Source: Myxococcota bacterium
Lineage (GTDB): Bacteria > Myxococcota > JACRCW01
NCBI GenBank assembly: GCA_040752415.1
Contig: JBFMGU010000082.1
Coordinates: 1 to 39,229 of the forward strand
Direction: 5' to 3'
DNA: 39,229 nt
The notes under the pieces were generated by a model that ran no database searches, was not told the origin of the DNA, and saw only the letters and a list, made by a program, of their open reading frames with translations. This document shows, in pieces, positions 1 to 9,261 of the stretch; position 1 is the stretch's first letter; each line of letters opens with the position of its first letter. The position numbers were made by a program, and so were the translations under genes.

Positions 1-12
1 AAGCGATCCGTC

Positions 13-40
13 TTGACAGACGTTTCCACTATAATAGACT
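13..40 (+). promoter_or_regulatory. Putative sigma70-type promoter of the sulfate assimilation operon
   Basis: Perfect TTGACA (13-18), 16-bp spacer, TAGACT (35-40); a perfect TATAAT at 30-35 overlaps it; AT-rich patch about 100 bp upstream of the first gene. Confidence 0.6.
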
Positions 41-145
41 GGCGTCCGTCATACTGAACGAGTGCTGGAATGCGGAGCGGCGCGCACCCGGGGACAGGGA
101 GCGCGTCCGGTCTGCGCTGGATTCGTCTTCCCTCGAGGAGGGGAC

Positions 146-1033
146 ATGGCGTGGGACGAGGGCTTCGTGGCGCTGGCGGCTATCACGCTGCTCGCGTCCG
201 TCGTGACGGGGGCCCTGGGGTACGGGTTCTCGTCGTTGACCGTCCCGGTGGCGTTGCTGTTCCACAGCGGTCGAGTCCTCAATCCCGCGCTCGTTCTCGT
301 CGAGGTGGTGCTCAATCTCTACGCGTTGCTCATCAACCGCGCCGCGCTGGCGCGCGTGTGGCCGCGCGTTCGCGCGCTGGTGGTGGGGCTGGTTCCCGGC
401 GTGGCGCTGGGCGGTTACCTGCTGTTCGCCGTGCAGCCCGCGTGGATGAAGCTGTTCACCTACGTGGTGCTCCTGCCGCTCCTGATGCTGCAGGCCGCCG
501 GTGTGCGTCGACCGGTGAAGTCCGAGGCTGCCGCGGGCCTGGCGGTGGGCACCGGCGTGGGCGTCCTCTACTCCGTCACCACCATCTCCGGCCCGCCGCT
601 GGCGCTCCTCTTCAACAACCAAGGACTGGTGAAGGAGGACTTCCGTGCCGGGCTCGCCGTGGTGCGCACCGCGGAGTCCGTGCTCACCGCGCTGGCGTAT
701 CTCTGGCTGGGCCTGTTCACCGCGCACACGTTCTCCTTCCTCGGCGCGGTGGTGCCCAGTGTTCTCGTCGGACTTCCGCTTGGCGCGCTGTTGATTGCGC
801 GGGTGCAGCCGGAGGTGTTCCGTCGGGTGTGCATGAGCTTTGACATCTGGGTGGTGGCCTTTGGCCTCTCGCGTGTGATGCCGGAGCTGAAACTGATCGA
901 CGCCGGTTACAGCTGGCACGTCTTCCTGCTGCCGGTGGTGATCGACCTCGTCATCCTGGTCCACTTCTTCCTCGCCCGTCGGAAGGCGGCCGGGGAGAAC
1001 GCATCCGCCACGGCGCTGGCGGTGAGGACGTGA
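146..1033 (+). CDS. Sulfite exporter TauE/SafE (TSUP) family permease
   Basis: Highly hydrophobic with about 8 TM segments; 'GALGYGFS' and 'TTISGPP' TSUP-like motifs; GAGGAG RBS before ATG 146; first gene of the cys operon. Confidence 0.8.
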   Translation: MAWDEGFVALAAITLLASVVTGALGYGFSSLTVPVALLFHSGRVLNPALVLVEVVLNLYALLINRAALARVWPRVRALVVGLVPGVALGGYLLFAVQPAWMKLFTYVVLLPLLMLQAAGVRRPVKSEAAAGLAVGTGVGVLYSVTTISGPPLALLFNNQGLVKEDFRAGLAVVRTAESVLTALAYLWLGLFTAHTFSFLGAVVPSVLVGLPLGALLIARVQPEVFRRVCMSFDIWVVAFGLSRVMPELKLIDAGYSWHVFLLPVVIDLVILVHFFLARRKAAGENASATALAVRT

Positions 1034-1764
1034 CCATGGTGCCCGGACTTTCCCCCCAGGAGCTGGGTGATCTCGAGGAGCGCGGCGCGCTGGCGGTCCT
1101 GCAGTGGGCTTCGGAGCGTTATGCGCCCGGACTGGTGTTCGCCACGGGATTCGGCGTGGAGGGCTGCATCATCGTCGACCTGGTGGCGCGTCACGGGCTC
1201 AACGTCGACATCTTCACGCTGGACACCGGCCTGCTCTTCCCGGAGACCTATGAGCTGTGGCGTCGGTTGGAGCAGCGCTACGGCATCACCATCCGCGCCG
1301 TGAAGCCCGCGCAGACGGTGGAAGAACAGAACGCCACGCACGGCGACGCCTTGTGGACACGTGATTCCAACCAGTGCTGCAACCTGCGCAAGGTCCTTCC
1401 GCTCAACAACGAGCTGAAGGGGAAGACCGCGTGGATCAGCGCCATCCGTCGGGAGCAGACGCCCGAGCGCGCCAACGCCCGCGCCGTGGAGCCGGATGCG
1501 AAGTTCAACCTGGTGAAGATCAATCCGCTGGTGGCGTGGACGAAGAAGGACGTGTGGCGTCACGTCTTCGACCACAACGTTCCCTACAACCCGCTTCATG
1601 ACCAGGGCTACCCGAGCATCGGGTGCGCCCCCTGCACCACCCCCGTTGCCGAGGGAGAGGATCCTCGCGCGGGACGCTGGCGCGGCCAGGCGAAACGGGA
1701 GTGCGGCCTGCACGTCCAGGGCGCGCTTCCAGTCCTGCCCTCGTCGGAGGAGTCGTCCACATGA
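1030..1764 (+). CDS. cysH: APS/PAPS reductase ([4Fe-4S]-type)
   Basis: TLDTGLLFPETY, CCNLRKV, GYPSIGCAPCT and C-terminal ECGLH motifs; GTGA overlap with the upstream stop (alternative start ATG 1036). Confidence 0.93.
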   Translation: MTMVPGLSPQELGDLEERGALAVLQWASERYAPGLVFATGFGVEGCIIVDLVARHGLNVDIFTLDTGLLFPETYELWRRLEQRYGITIRAVKPAQTVEEQNATHGDALWTRDSNQCCNLRKVLPLNNELKGKTAWISAIRREQTPERANARAVEPDAKFNLVKINPLVAWTKKDVWRHVFDHNVPYNPLHDQGYPSIGCAPCTTPVAEGEDPRAGRWRGQAKRECGLHVQGALPVLPSSEESST

Positions 1765-2363
1765 GCACCTCGCATGGAGCGCGCACGTCCTCGCGCCCGG
1801 GTTTCATCCTCTGGTTCACCGGGATGTCTGGCGCCGGGAAGAGCACCCTGGCCAACGCCGTGAGCCAACGCCTGGCGCAGGAGCGCACGCTGGAGATCCT
1901 CGATGGCGACGAGGTGCGCACCCACCTGTCCAAGGGGCTGGGCTTCTCACGCGAAGACCGCGACACCAACGTGCACCGCATTGCCTTCGTGGCCCGACTG
2001 CTCGCGCGTCACGGCGTGGGCGTGGTGACGGCGGCCATCTCGCCGTACGCGGAGACGCGCGCGCAGGTCCGCGCCCTCGCCGAGAAGGAGGGTGTGGCGT
2101 TCGTCGAGGTTTATGCGCGGGCGGAGCTGTCGTCGCTCGTCGCGCGGGACGTGAAGGGTCTCTACAAGAAGGCGCTGGCCGGGGAGGTCCCTCATTTCAC
2201 CGGCGTCACCGACCCCTACGAAGCACCCACCAGTCCCGACGTGGTGGTCCGCACCGACGTGGAGACCGTGGCGCAAAGCGCCGAGCGGATCATTGCGACC
2301 TTGCGGGAACGCGGTCTCATCGAGCGCGCCACGCGCGAGCCGTTGGCCGGGAGTGCAGCCTGA
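1761..2363 (+). CDS. cysC: Adenylyl-sulfate kinase
   Basis: WFTGMSGAGKST P-loop, LDGDEVR, ISPY, RDVKGLY, FTGVTDPYEAP; ATGA overlap with cysH. Confidence 0.95.
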   Translation: MSTSHGARTSSRPGFILWFTGMSGAGKSTLANAVSQRLAQERTLEILDGDEVRTHLSKGLGFSREDRDTNVHRIAFVARLLARHGVGVVTAAISPYAETRAQVRALAEKEGVAFVEVYARAELSSLVARDVKGLYKKALAGEVPHFTGVTDPYEAPTSPDVVVRTDVETVAQSAERIIATLRERGLIERATREPLAGSAA

Positions 2364-2950
2364 TGGGCGCCAACGTCTACCCCGTCTTCCTCAGGCTGGA
2401 AGGACGCCGCGTTCTCGTCGTGGGAGGCGGCACCGTGGCCGCGGGCAAGCTCCCCGCCCTGCTCGACGCGGGCGCCCAGGTGACTGTGGTGGCGCCGAGG
2501 ATCGCGGACACGCTGCGTCGTCCGGGCGTGACGCTGGTGGAGCGGGTGTTCCGTCCTGACGACGTGGATGGCGCGTTCTGGGTCATTGCCGCCGCCACGC
2601 CGGAGGTGAACCGGGAAGTCGCCCGCGTGCTCGAGGGGCAGAGCCGCTTCGTCAACGCCGTCGACGATCCCGCCTCCGCCTCCGCGTACACCGGCGGCGT
2701 GGTCCACCGCGCGGGGCTGACCATCGGCATCTCGACCGGCGGCGACGCACCCGCGCTGGCCGGGCTCATCCGCGAAGCGCTGGAAGCGGTTCTTCCGCAT
2801 GACCTCGACGCGTGGCTGGAGCTGGCGCGCCAGGCCAAGCGACAGTGGCGGGAGCGCGCGGTGCCCATGGCTCGACGTCGACCGCTGCTCCTGCAGGCAC
2901 TCAACGATCTCTACCGCGAGCGGGATGCCCCCGCGCGAGGCGTGTCATGA
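2363..2950 (+). CDS. Precorrin-2 dehydrogenase / sirohydrochlorin ferrochelatase (CysG N-terminal / SirC-Met8 type)
   Basis: YPVFLRLEGRRVLVVGGGTVA Rossmann motif, VNAVDDP, ISTGGDAPALA; TGATG coupling to cysC. Confidence 0.88.
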   Translation: MGANVYPVFLRLEGRRVLVVGGGTVAAGKLPALLDAGAQVTVVAPRIADTLRRPGVTLVERVFRPDDVDGAFWVIAAATPEVNREVARVLEGQSRFVNAVDDPASASAYTGGVVHRAGLTIGISTGGDAPALAGLIREALEAVLPHDLDAWLELARQAKRQWRERAVPMARRRPLLLQALNDLYRERDAPARGVS

Positions 2951-3732
2951 CCGGGTTTGTTTCCTTGGTTGGCGCGGGGCCCGGTGATCCGGAGCTGCTG
3001 ACGCTGAAGGCCGTCCGTCGTCTCCAGGAGGCGGACCTCATCCTCCACGACGCGCTGGTGAGCCAGGAGATCCTCGCGCTGGCGCCGCGTGCGCGCCGGT
3101 TCTTCGTCGGGAAACGCGCCAACCGGCCGTCCATGGAACAGGAGACCATCAACCGCCTGCTCATCCGCGCTGCTCGTCGTGGGGAGCGCGTGGTCCGTTT
3201 GAAGTGCGGTGACCCGTTCGTGCTCGGCCGTGGTGGGGAGGAGGGCCTGGCGTTGGCCGCGGAAGGCATCGCGTTCGAGGTGGTGCCGGGCATCAGCTCC
3301 GCCGTCGCCGCGCCCGCGTTGGCCGGAATTCCGGTGACCCACCGTGGCAAGGCGTCCGCGTTTCTCGTCGTCAGCGGGCACGCGGAGAAGACCTGGCGTC
3401 CCATCCTGGAGGGCCTTGCACCCGGCAGCGTCACGCTCGTGATCCTGATGGGCCTGGGCAACCGTGAGGCGCTCTCTGCCTTCCTGCAGTCGCGCGGGTG
3501 GACCGCGGAGACGCCGGTGGCGGTGCTCCTCAACGCGTCCCACCCCGACGGCAGCAACTGGTTCGGCACCCTTTCCACGCTCGCCACCACCGACGCACCG
3601 GCGCAGACGCCCGACGCGGCGGGAATCATCGTCGTGGGCGACGTGGTGTCCCTGGCTCCCCAGCTTCAGTCCCAACAACCCCCGCAACAAGAAACGGCGC
3701 AGCTCACGTTCCGCGCCGCGCATCCGTCTTGA
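2947..3732 (+). CDS. cobA: Uroporphyrinogen-III C-methyltransferase
   Basis: VSLVGAGPGDPELLTLKA, VRLKCGDPFVLGRGGEE, VVPGISS, GIPVTHRG; ATGA overlap. Confidence 0.93.
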   Translation: MTGFVSLVGAGPGDPELLTLKAVRRLQEADLILHDALVSQEILALAPRARRFFVGKRANRPSMEQETINRLLIRAARRGERVVRLKCGDPFVLGRGGEEGLALAAEGIAFEVVPGISSAVAAPALAGIPVTHRGKASAFLVVSGHAEKTWRPILEGLAPGSVTLVILMGLGNREALSAFLQSRGWTAETPVAVLLNASHPDGSNWFGTLSTLATTDAPAQTPDAAGIIVVGDVVSLAPQLQSQQPPQQETAQLTFRAAHPS

Positions 3733-3741
3733 GGTCGCACC

Positions 3742-5487
3742 ATGGTCGCGTACGAGGATTCCAGCACCCTGGGCCCCACCCGTCTCGGCTTTTCCGACGA
3801 GAAGGACGTGGACCTGTTCGTCAACAACCTGGCCCGGTTCGAGCGCGGAGAGATGTCGCCCGACGAGTGGCGCGCCTTCCGCCTCTGCAACGGCGTCTAC
3901 GGTCAGCGCCAGGACGACGTTCAGATGATCCGCGTGAAGTTCCCCCACGGCATTGCCACGCCGGAGCAGTTGGAGGTGTGTGCGCAGGTGGCGGAGCGTT
4001 ACGCCAACGGCAAGGGCCACATCACCACGCGGCAGAACATCCAGTTCCACTTCGTGAAGCTCGCCGACGCGGAGACGGTGCTGCGCATGTTTGCCGAGGT
4101 GGGCGTGACCACGCGTGAAGCCTGCGGCAACGCCGTCCGCAACATCACCGGGTGTCCCTACGCCGGCGTGTCGAAGGAAGAGCCGTTTGATCACACGCCG
4201 CACGGTGAGGCGCTGACCCGACACCTGCTGCGCGGGAAGTGGTCGTCGTCGCTGCCGCGCAAGTTCAAGATCGCGTTCGGCGGCTGCTGCGGCACGGACT
4301 GCGTGCAGGCGCACATCAATGACCTGGGCTACCACGCCATGGTGCGCGACGGTCGCCCCGGGTTCCGCGTCACCGTGGGCGGCGGGCTGTCCACGTTGCG
4401 GCGCACCGGCCTGGTGGCCGAGGAGTTCCTGCCCGCCGAGGAGATTCTCGAGGTGGGTGAGGCGGTGGTGCGCGTGTTCCATCGCATCGGCAACCGGCAG
4501 AACCGCGCCAAGGCCCGTCTCAAGTGGGCCATCGACCAGCTGGGTCCGGAGGGATTCCTCGCCGAGTACCGCAAGGAGCGCGAGGCCATCCGCGCCGAGG
4601 GAGGTCGGCCCTACACGTTGTCGGAGCAGCCAAGGCCGCCGGCGGCGCGTCCGCCGCTCTCCATCCTGGCTCAGCCGCTTCCCGGTTTTGACGAGTTCCT
4701 GCGCGACAACGTGCGCGCGCAGAAGCAGGACGGGTTCTCCGCTGTCACCGTGCGCGTGGTGCTCGGAGACCTCACGCCCGAGCAGTTCCGCGGCCTGGGC
4801 CGCCTGGCCAGGGAGTACGGTGAGCGCGAGCTCCGCTTCACCAATGAGCAGAACCTGGTGCTGCGTTACGTGCCGACCTGGCGCCTCGCCACGCTGCACC
4901 GCGAGCTTGCCGACCTCGGCCTGGCCCGTGCAGGCGCGCGCACCATTGGCGACGTCACTTCCTGCCCCGGCGCATCCAGCTGCAAGCTCGCCGTCACGCA
5001 GTCCAAGGGCCTGGCCGCACTGCTCACCAGCCACGTCGACGCCACGCCCGCGCTCACGCAGAAGGCCCGCGGGCTCAGCATCAAGGTGTCCGGCTGTCCC
5101 AACTCCTGCGGCCAGCACCACATTGCGGGACTGGGTTTCCAGGGCGGCGTGCGCAAGGTGGATGGCAAGGCGGTGCCGCAATACCTGGTCTTCGTCGGGG
5201 GTGGTTTCTCGTCGACGGAAGCCACCTTCGCCCGGCTGGTCACCAAGATTCCCGCGCGGCGCGCGCCCCGCGTGTTGGAGCGACTGGTGGATCTCTATGA
5301 ACGGGAGAAGAAGCCGGGTGAGTCGCCCGACGCGTATTTCTCCCGCGTGGAAGTGGCCAAGGTGAAGAGCGTCATCGGGGAGCTCGCGGAGATGGACAGC
5401 AGCACGGCCACCGCGGATGACTTCATCGACCTCGGGGAGACGCGCGCGTTCGTCGTCGAGACGAGCGAGGGTGAGTGCGCCGCCTGA
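3742..5487 (+). CDS. Siroheme/[4Fe-4S] sulfite (nitrite/sulfite) reductase, ferredoxin-dependent type
   Basis: GVYGQRQ, HITTRQNIQ, LPRKFKI, TSCPGASSC and VSGCPNSCGQH cluster-ligand motifs; sulfite is inferred as substrate from the cys context. Confidence 0.88.
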   Translation: MVAYEDSSTLGPTRLGFSDEKDVDLFVNNLARFERGEMSPDEWRAFRLCNGVYGQRQDDVQMIRVKFPHGIATPEQLEVCAQVAERYANGKGHITTRQNIQFHFVKLADAETVLRMFAEVGVTTREACGNAVRNITGCPYAGVSKEEPFDHTPHGEALTRHLLRGKWSSSLPRKFKIAFGGCCGTDCVQAHINDLGYHAMVRDGRPGFRVTVGGGLSTLRRTGLVAEEFLPAEEILEVGEAVVRVFHRIGNRQNRAKARLKWAIDQLGPEGFLAEYRKEREAIRAEGGRPYTLSEQPRPPAARPPLSILAQPLPGFDEFLRDNVRAQKQDGFSAVTVRVVLGDLTPEQFRGLGRLAREYGERELRFTNEQNLVLRYVPTWRLATLHRELADLGLARAGARTIGDVTSCPGASSCKLAVTQSKGLAALLTSHVDATPALTQKARGLSIKVSGCPNSCGQHHIAGLGFQGGVRKVDGKAVPQYLVFVGGGFSSTEATFARLVTKIPARRAPRVLERLVDLYEREKKPGESPDAYFSRVEVAKVKSVIGELAEMDSSTATADDFIDLGETRAFVVETSEGECAA

Positions 5488-5506
5488 GCAATCCTCGGAA
5501 CCCCGC

Positions 5507-5902
5507 CTAGCGACGCAGCCTGGCCTCGATCACGTTGGCCTGGCTCTCCAGCTCCCACAGTCGCAGCGCCACCTCGTCGTGAACGCCGGTCCAGGACGTG
5601 TCCTCGGTCTCCTGGAGCCAGCGCACCAGGCCGCCCAGGTCCTTGAGCCTGCCCTCCAGCTCGTCCACCTCTTCGGGCTGGACCTGCAGCTCCTCCTCGT
5701 GACGACGCACCATCGTCCGGCGGAACTCACGCACCCGCTCGAGCAGCCTCTCGTACCGTGCGGCGGCGTCCTCGGCGAAGGTGCGTGGATCCTGTCCGGA
5801 CTTCCGCGTCACCTCCTCCGCTTCCGCTCCGGCCACGTCGGGCGTGATGGCGCCGCACAGCATCCCGGTCACCAGCCATGCCGCGGTCGTGTTCCTCGCC
5901 AT
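5507..5902 (-). CDS. Hypothetical exported helical protein
   Basis: GGAG RBS before ATG 5902; hydrophobic N-terminus resembling a signal peptide; Glu/Arg-rich coiled-coil-like body; fills the gap between the reductase gene and ppc. Confidence 0.55.
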   Translation of the reverse strand: MARNTTAAWLVTGMLCGAITPDVAGAEAEEVTRKSGQDPRTFAEDAAARYERLLERVREFRRTMVRRHEEELQVQPEEVDELEGRLKDLGGLVRWLQETEDTSWTGVHDEVALRLWELESQANVIEARLRR

Positions 5903-6053
5903 GTCGTGCTCCGCCTGTGCTTCGTTGTACGACGAGGGAACCACGCATCAAGATCCGTCCGCGCCTCCGCTGCACGTCGGCTTGCGTGGTGCCCGGGCGT
6001 GGCCCTACGTCGGGCGCGTTGAGATATTGAGGGTCCAACCCGTCGGAGAAGCC

Positions 6054-8696
6054 ATGACGCAAGATCCCCACGCCCCCCTGCGCGACGACGTCCGTCTCCT
6101 TGGCACGCTCCTGGGCGAGACCTTGCGCACGCAGGTAGGTGACACCCTGTACCAGACCGTGGAGCGCGTGCGCGGCCTCTCCAAGAGCGCGCATGCCGGG
6201 CAGGACGCGGACTTCGTGGAGCTGGAGAAGGTCCTCGCGGCGCTGCCGGTGGAGGATGCCACGTCGCTGGCGCGTGCGTTCTCGCAGTTCCTGGCGCTGG
6301 CCAACATCGCGGAGCAGCACCACCGCGTGCGTCGGGCCCGTCAGTACGCCGCGCGCGAGGACACACCTCCGCAGCCGGGCTCCTGCGAGGAGGTCTTTGC
6401 GCGTCTCCTCAAGCAGGGCATCACCGCGGACGCGCTGTATCACGCCGTCTGTCACCAGCGCGTCGAGCTTGTCCTCACCGCGCATCCCACGGAGGTGGCG
6501 CGTCGCACGCTGCTGCACAAGCACAACCGCGTGGCCCAGGCGCTTGAGCTCCGCGACCGCCCCGACCTCACCATGCTGGAGCGGAAGGAAACCCTGGACG
6601 CACTGCGACGCGAGGTCATCTCCATCTGGCAGACCGACGAGATCCGTCGTGAACGGCCTACGCCCGTCGACGAGGCGCGTGGCGGCCTGGTGGTCCTGGA
6701 GGAGATCCTGTGGGACGCGGTCCCGCGCTTCCTCCGCAGCGTCGACGTCGCGCTGCAGCAGGCCACCGGTCGCGCGCTCCCGCCGTTGGCGCAACCCATC
6801 ACCTTCGGCTCGTGGATGGGCGGTGACCGCGACGGAAACCCCAACGTGACGCCGGAGGTGACCCGACGGGTGTGCCTGCTGGCGCGGGTCATGGGCTGCA
6901 CGCTGTTCCTGCGCGAGATCCAGCAGCTGCGCGGTGAGCTCTCCAACATCCGCTGCACCGACGAGCTGCGCGCCCGCGTGGGTGATGCACGTGAACCGTA
7001 CCGCGCGTTCCTCGCACCCATCCGGGATAAGCTCCGTCGGACGCTGGCGCACCTGGAGGCGTTGCTGCAGGGCCAGACGCCGCCGGAGGGCGAGATCTAC
7101 GTCGAGGAAGGACCGCTGGCGGAGGACCTGCTGTTGTGCCACCGCTCCCTGCACGGCTCCGGCGCGGGCCTCATTGCCGACGGGAGACTGCTGGACATCA
7201 TCCGTCGCCTTGCGTGCTTTGGATTGGGGTTGGTGAAGCTGGACCTGCGCCAGGAGTCCTCCCGCCACACCGAGGCGCTCGACGCCGTCACCACCCACCT
7301 GGGACTGGGCTCCTACGCCAGCTGGGATGAGAAGAAGCGCCAGGAGTTCCTGGTCACGGAGCTGTCGGGCCGTCGTCCACTGATTCCGCCGGATCTCCCG
7401 ACGAGCGACCGCGTGCGCGACGTGCTCGAGACCTTCCGCGTTGCCGCCGAGGTGCACAGCATGCTCGGTGCGTATGTCATCTCCATGGCTACGTCGCCGT
7501 CGGACGTGCTGGCGGTGGAGTTGTTGCAGCGGGAGGCGCGCATCAGGAAACCGTTGCGCGTGGTGCCACTCTTCGAGACGGTGGATGACCTGCGCCACGC
7601 CGGCGGCACCATTCGCGCGCTGCTGTCCATTCCCTGGTACCGCGAGCACATCCAGGGCAAGCAGGAGGTGATGATCGGCTACTCGGATTCCACCAAGGAT
7701 GCCGGGCGACTCACCGCAGCGTGGGAGCTGTACAAGGCGCAGGAGGATGTTGCCGCGGCGTGCCGCGAACAGGATGTGCAGCTCACGTTGTTCCATGGCC
7801 GCGGCGGAAGTGTTGGTCGTGGTGGCGGTCCCACCTTCCTTGCCATCCTCTCGCAGCCGCCGGGCACCGTGAACGGAAGCCTGCGCGTCACCGAGCAGGG
7901 CGAGATGATCCAGGCCAAGTTCGGCCTGCCGGGAATCGCGCACCGCACGCTGGAGCTGTACGCCACCGCAACCCTGGTGGCGACGATGACTCCGCCCAAG
8001 GCACCGAGCGCGCGGTGGCGTGAGCTGATGGAGAAGCTCTCCAATTCGGCGTGCCAGGCGTACCGTGGCGTCGTGCGGAAGGACCCGCGGTTCGTGACGT
8101 ATTTCCGTCAGGCCACGCCGGTGCAGGAGCTCGGCGCACTCAACATCGGCAGTCGTCCGGCCAAGCGCACTGCTTCGGGCGGGGTCGAGTCACTGCGCGC
8201 GATTCCGTGGATCTTCGCGTGGACGCAGACGCGCCTGATGCTCCCCTCGTGGCTCGGCGTGGGTGAGGCCGTCGACGAGGCGATCGCGCAGGGGCTCGAG
8301 TCCGAGCTGAAGGACATGTACGAGCACTGGCCGTTCTTCCAGTCCACCATCGACCTCATCGAGATGGTGCTCGCCAAGTGCGACGCGCGCATCGCCGCGC
8401 AGTACGACAAACGTCTCGTCAGCGGGGAGCTGCAGGCGCTGGCCTCCGACATGCGGGCCCGCCTGGACACCGCCATCCGCTGCACGCTGCGACTCACCGG
8501 ACACAAGCGCCTCGTCGAGAACAACCCCGTGCTCCGCCGCTCCATCGACGTGCGCAATCCCTATGTGGACCCCATCAACCTGCTGCAGGTGGAACTGCTC
8601 CGTCGGCTCCGCGCCGGCGCCAGCGACGAGGGCCTGAACGACGCGTTGCTCATCACCATCAACGGCATTGCCGCCGGAATGCGCAACACGGGCTGA
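6054..8696 (+). CDS. ppc: Phosphoenolpyruvate carboxylase
   Basis: VLTAHPTE, SWMGGDRDGNPNVT, VMIGYSDS, FHGRGGSVGRGG, RVTEQGE, LRAIPW and C-terminal GIAAGMRNTG. Confidence 0.97.
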   Translation: MTQDPHAPLRDDVRLLGTLLGETLRTQVGDTLYQTVERVRGLSKSAHAGQDADFVELEKVLAALPVEDATSLARAFSQFLALANIAEQHHRVRRARQYAAREDTPPQPGSCEEVFARLLKQGITADALYHAVCHQRVELVLTAHPTEVARRTLLHKHNRVAQALELRDRPDLTMLERKETLDALRREVISIWQTDEIRRERPTPVDEARGGLVVLEEILWDAVPRFLRSVDVALQQATGRALPPLAQPITFGSWMGGDRDGNPNVTPEVTRRVCLLARVMGCTLFLREIQQLRGELSNIRCTDELRARVGDAREPYRAFLAPIRDKLRRTLAHLEALLQGQTPPEGEIYVEEGPLAEDLLLCHRSLHGSGAGLIADGRLLDIIRRLACFGLGLVKLDLRQESSRHTEALDAVTTHLGLGSYASWDEKKRQEFLVTELSGRRPLIPPDLPTSDRVRDVLETFRVAAEVHSMLGAYVISMATSPSDVLAVELLQREARIRKPLRVVPLFETVDDLRHAGGTIRALLSIPWYREHIQGKQEVMIGYSDSTKDAGRLTAAWELYKAQEDVAAACREQDVQLTLFHGRGGSVGRGGGPTFLAILSQPPGTVNGSLRVTEQGEMIQAKFGLPGIAHRTLELYATATLVATMTPPKAPSARWRELMEKLSNSACQAYRGVVRKDPRFVTYFRQATPVQELGALNIGSRPAKRTASGGVESLRAIPWIFAWTQTRLMLPSWLGVGEAVDEAIAQGLESELKDMYEHWPFFQSTIDLIEMVLAKCDARIAAQYDKRLVSGELQALASDMRARLDTAIRCTLRLTGHKRLVENNPVLRRSIDVRNPYVDPINLLQVELLRRLRAGASDEGLNDALLITINGIAAGMRNTG

Positions 8697-8763
8697 TTCC
8701 CGTCGTCACGGGGCAGGAGCGCAACCTTCTTGCCGTCCTGAACCCGTCGACATTCCACCACGG

Positions 8764-9234
8764 TCACGTGGGCGGCCAACGCCAATCCACGGGCCCCTTC
8801 TGGAACCGGTGCTCCAAACGCCGCAGCACCACATCCCAGACCCGGTCAAAGTACGCGTGGACGCGGTCCCACTCCTCGCCGTTGCCAAACCCCAGGTGCA
8901 CCAGCCGCACGCGCGTATTCCACCCGTGCGCCTGCTCCAGGAACACGGTGACCCACATGCCGCGTTCACTGCGGACGGAGAACTCCGGCGGAGAGTTCCA
9001 CTCGAAGGACAGCATCTCCCCCGGCACGAACGAGAGCACGTGCATCCCCTCGGAGCCTTTGCGCCCCTCCTTCTCGTCGAGGTTGAAGTACAGCTCGTAC
9101 GCGCCACCCAGCCGCAGCTCGATCTTCGCCTTGGGAGCGAAGAACGTGGTGGCCCCGTCCGACGTGGTCCACGCGTTCCAGACATCCTGCAGCGGCCCGG
9201 GAATCAAACGTTCCTTGCGGACAATCTTCTCCAC
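8764..9234 (-). CDS. SRPBCC / AHSA1-like domain protein
   Basis: VWNAWTT, GGAYELYF, LSFEWNSPP, TRVRLVHLGF, YFDRVWDVVL pattern; GGAGG RBS before GTG. Confidence 0.8.
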   Translation of the reverse strand: MEKIVRKERLIPGPLQDVWNAWTTSDGATTFFAPKAKIELRLGGAYELYFNLDEKEGRKGSEGMHVLSFVPGEMLSFEWNSPPEFSVRSERGMWVTVFLEQAHGWNTRVRLVHLGFGNGEEWDRVHAYFDRVWDVVLRRLEHRFQKGPVDWRWPPT

Positions 9235-9261
9235 GCCAGCCTCCGTGTCGTCGTGGTTCCT

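Noticed and set aside
47..145. SAM or other riboswitch in the cys leader
   Set aside because: A GC-rich hairpin (about 72-115) can be drawn, but no conserved riboswitch core is recognisable
8697..8763. Hairpin between convergent ppc and SRPBCC genes as an intrinsic terminator
   Set aside because: Short stem with several G-U pairs and no U-tract; not supportable
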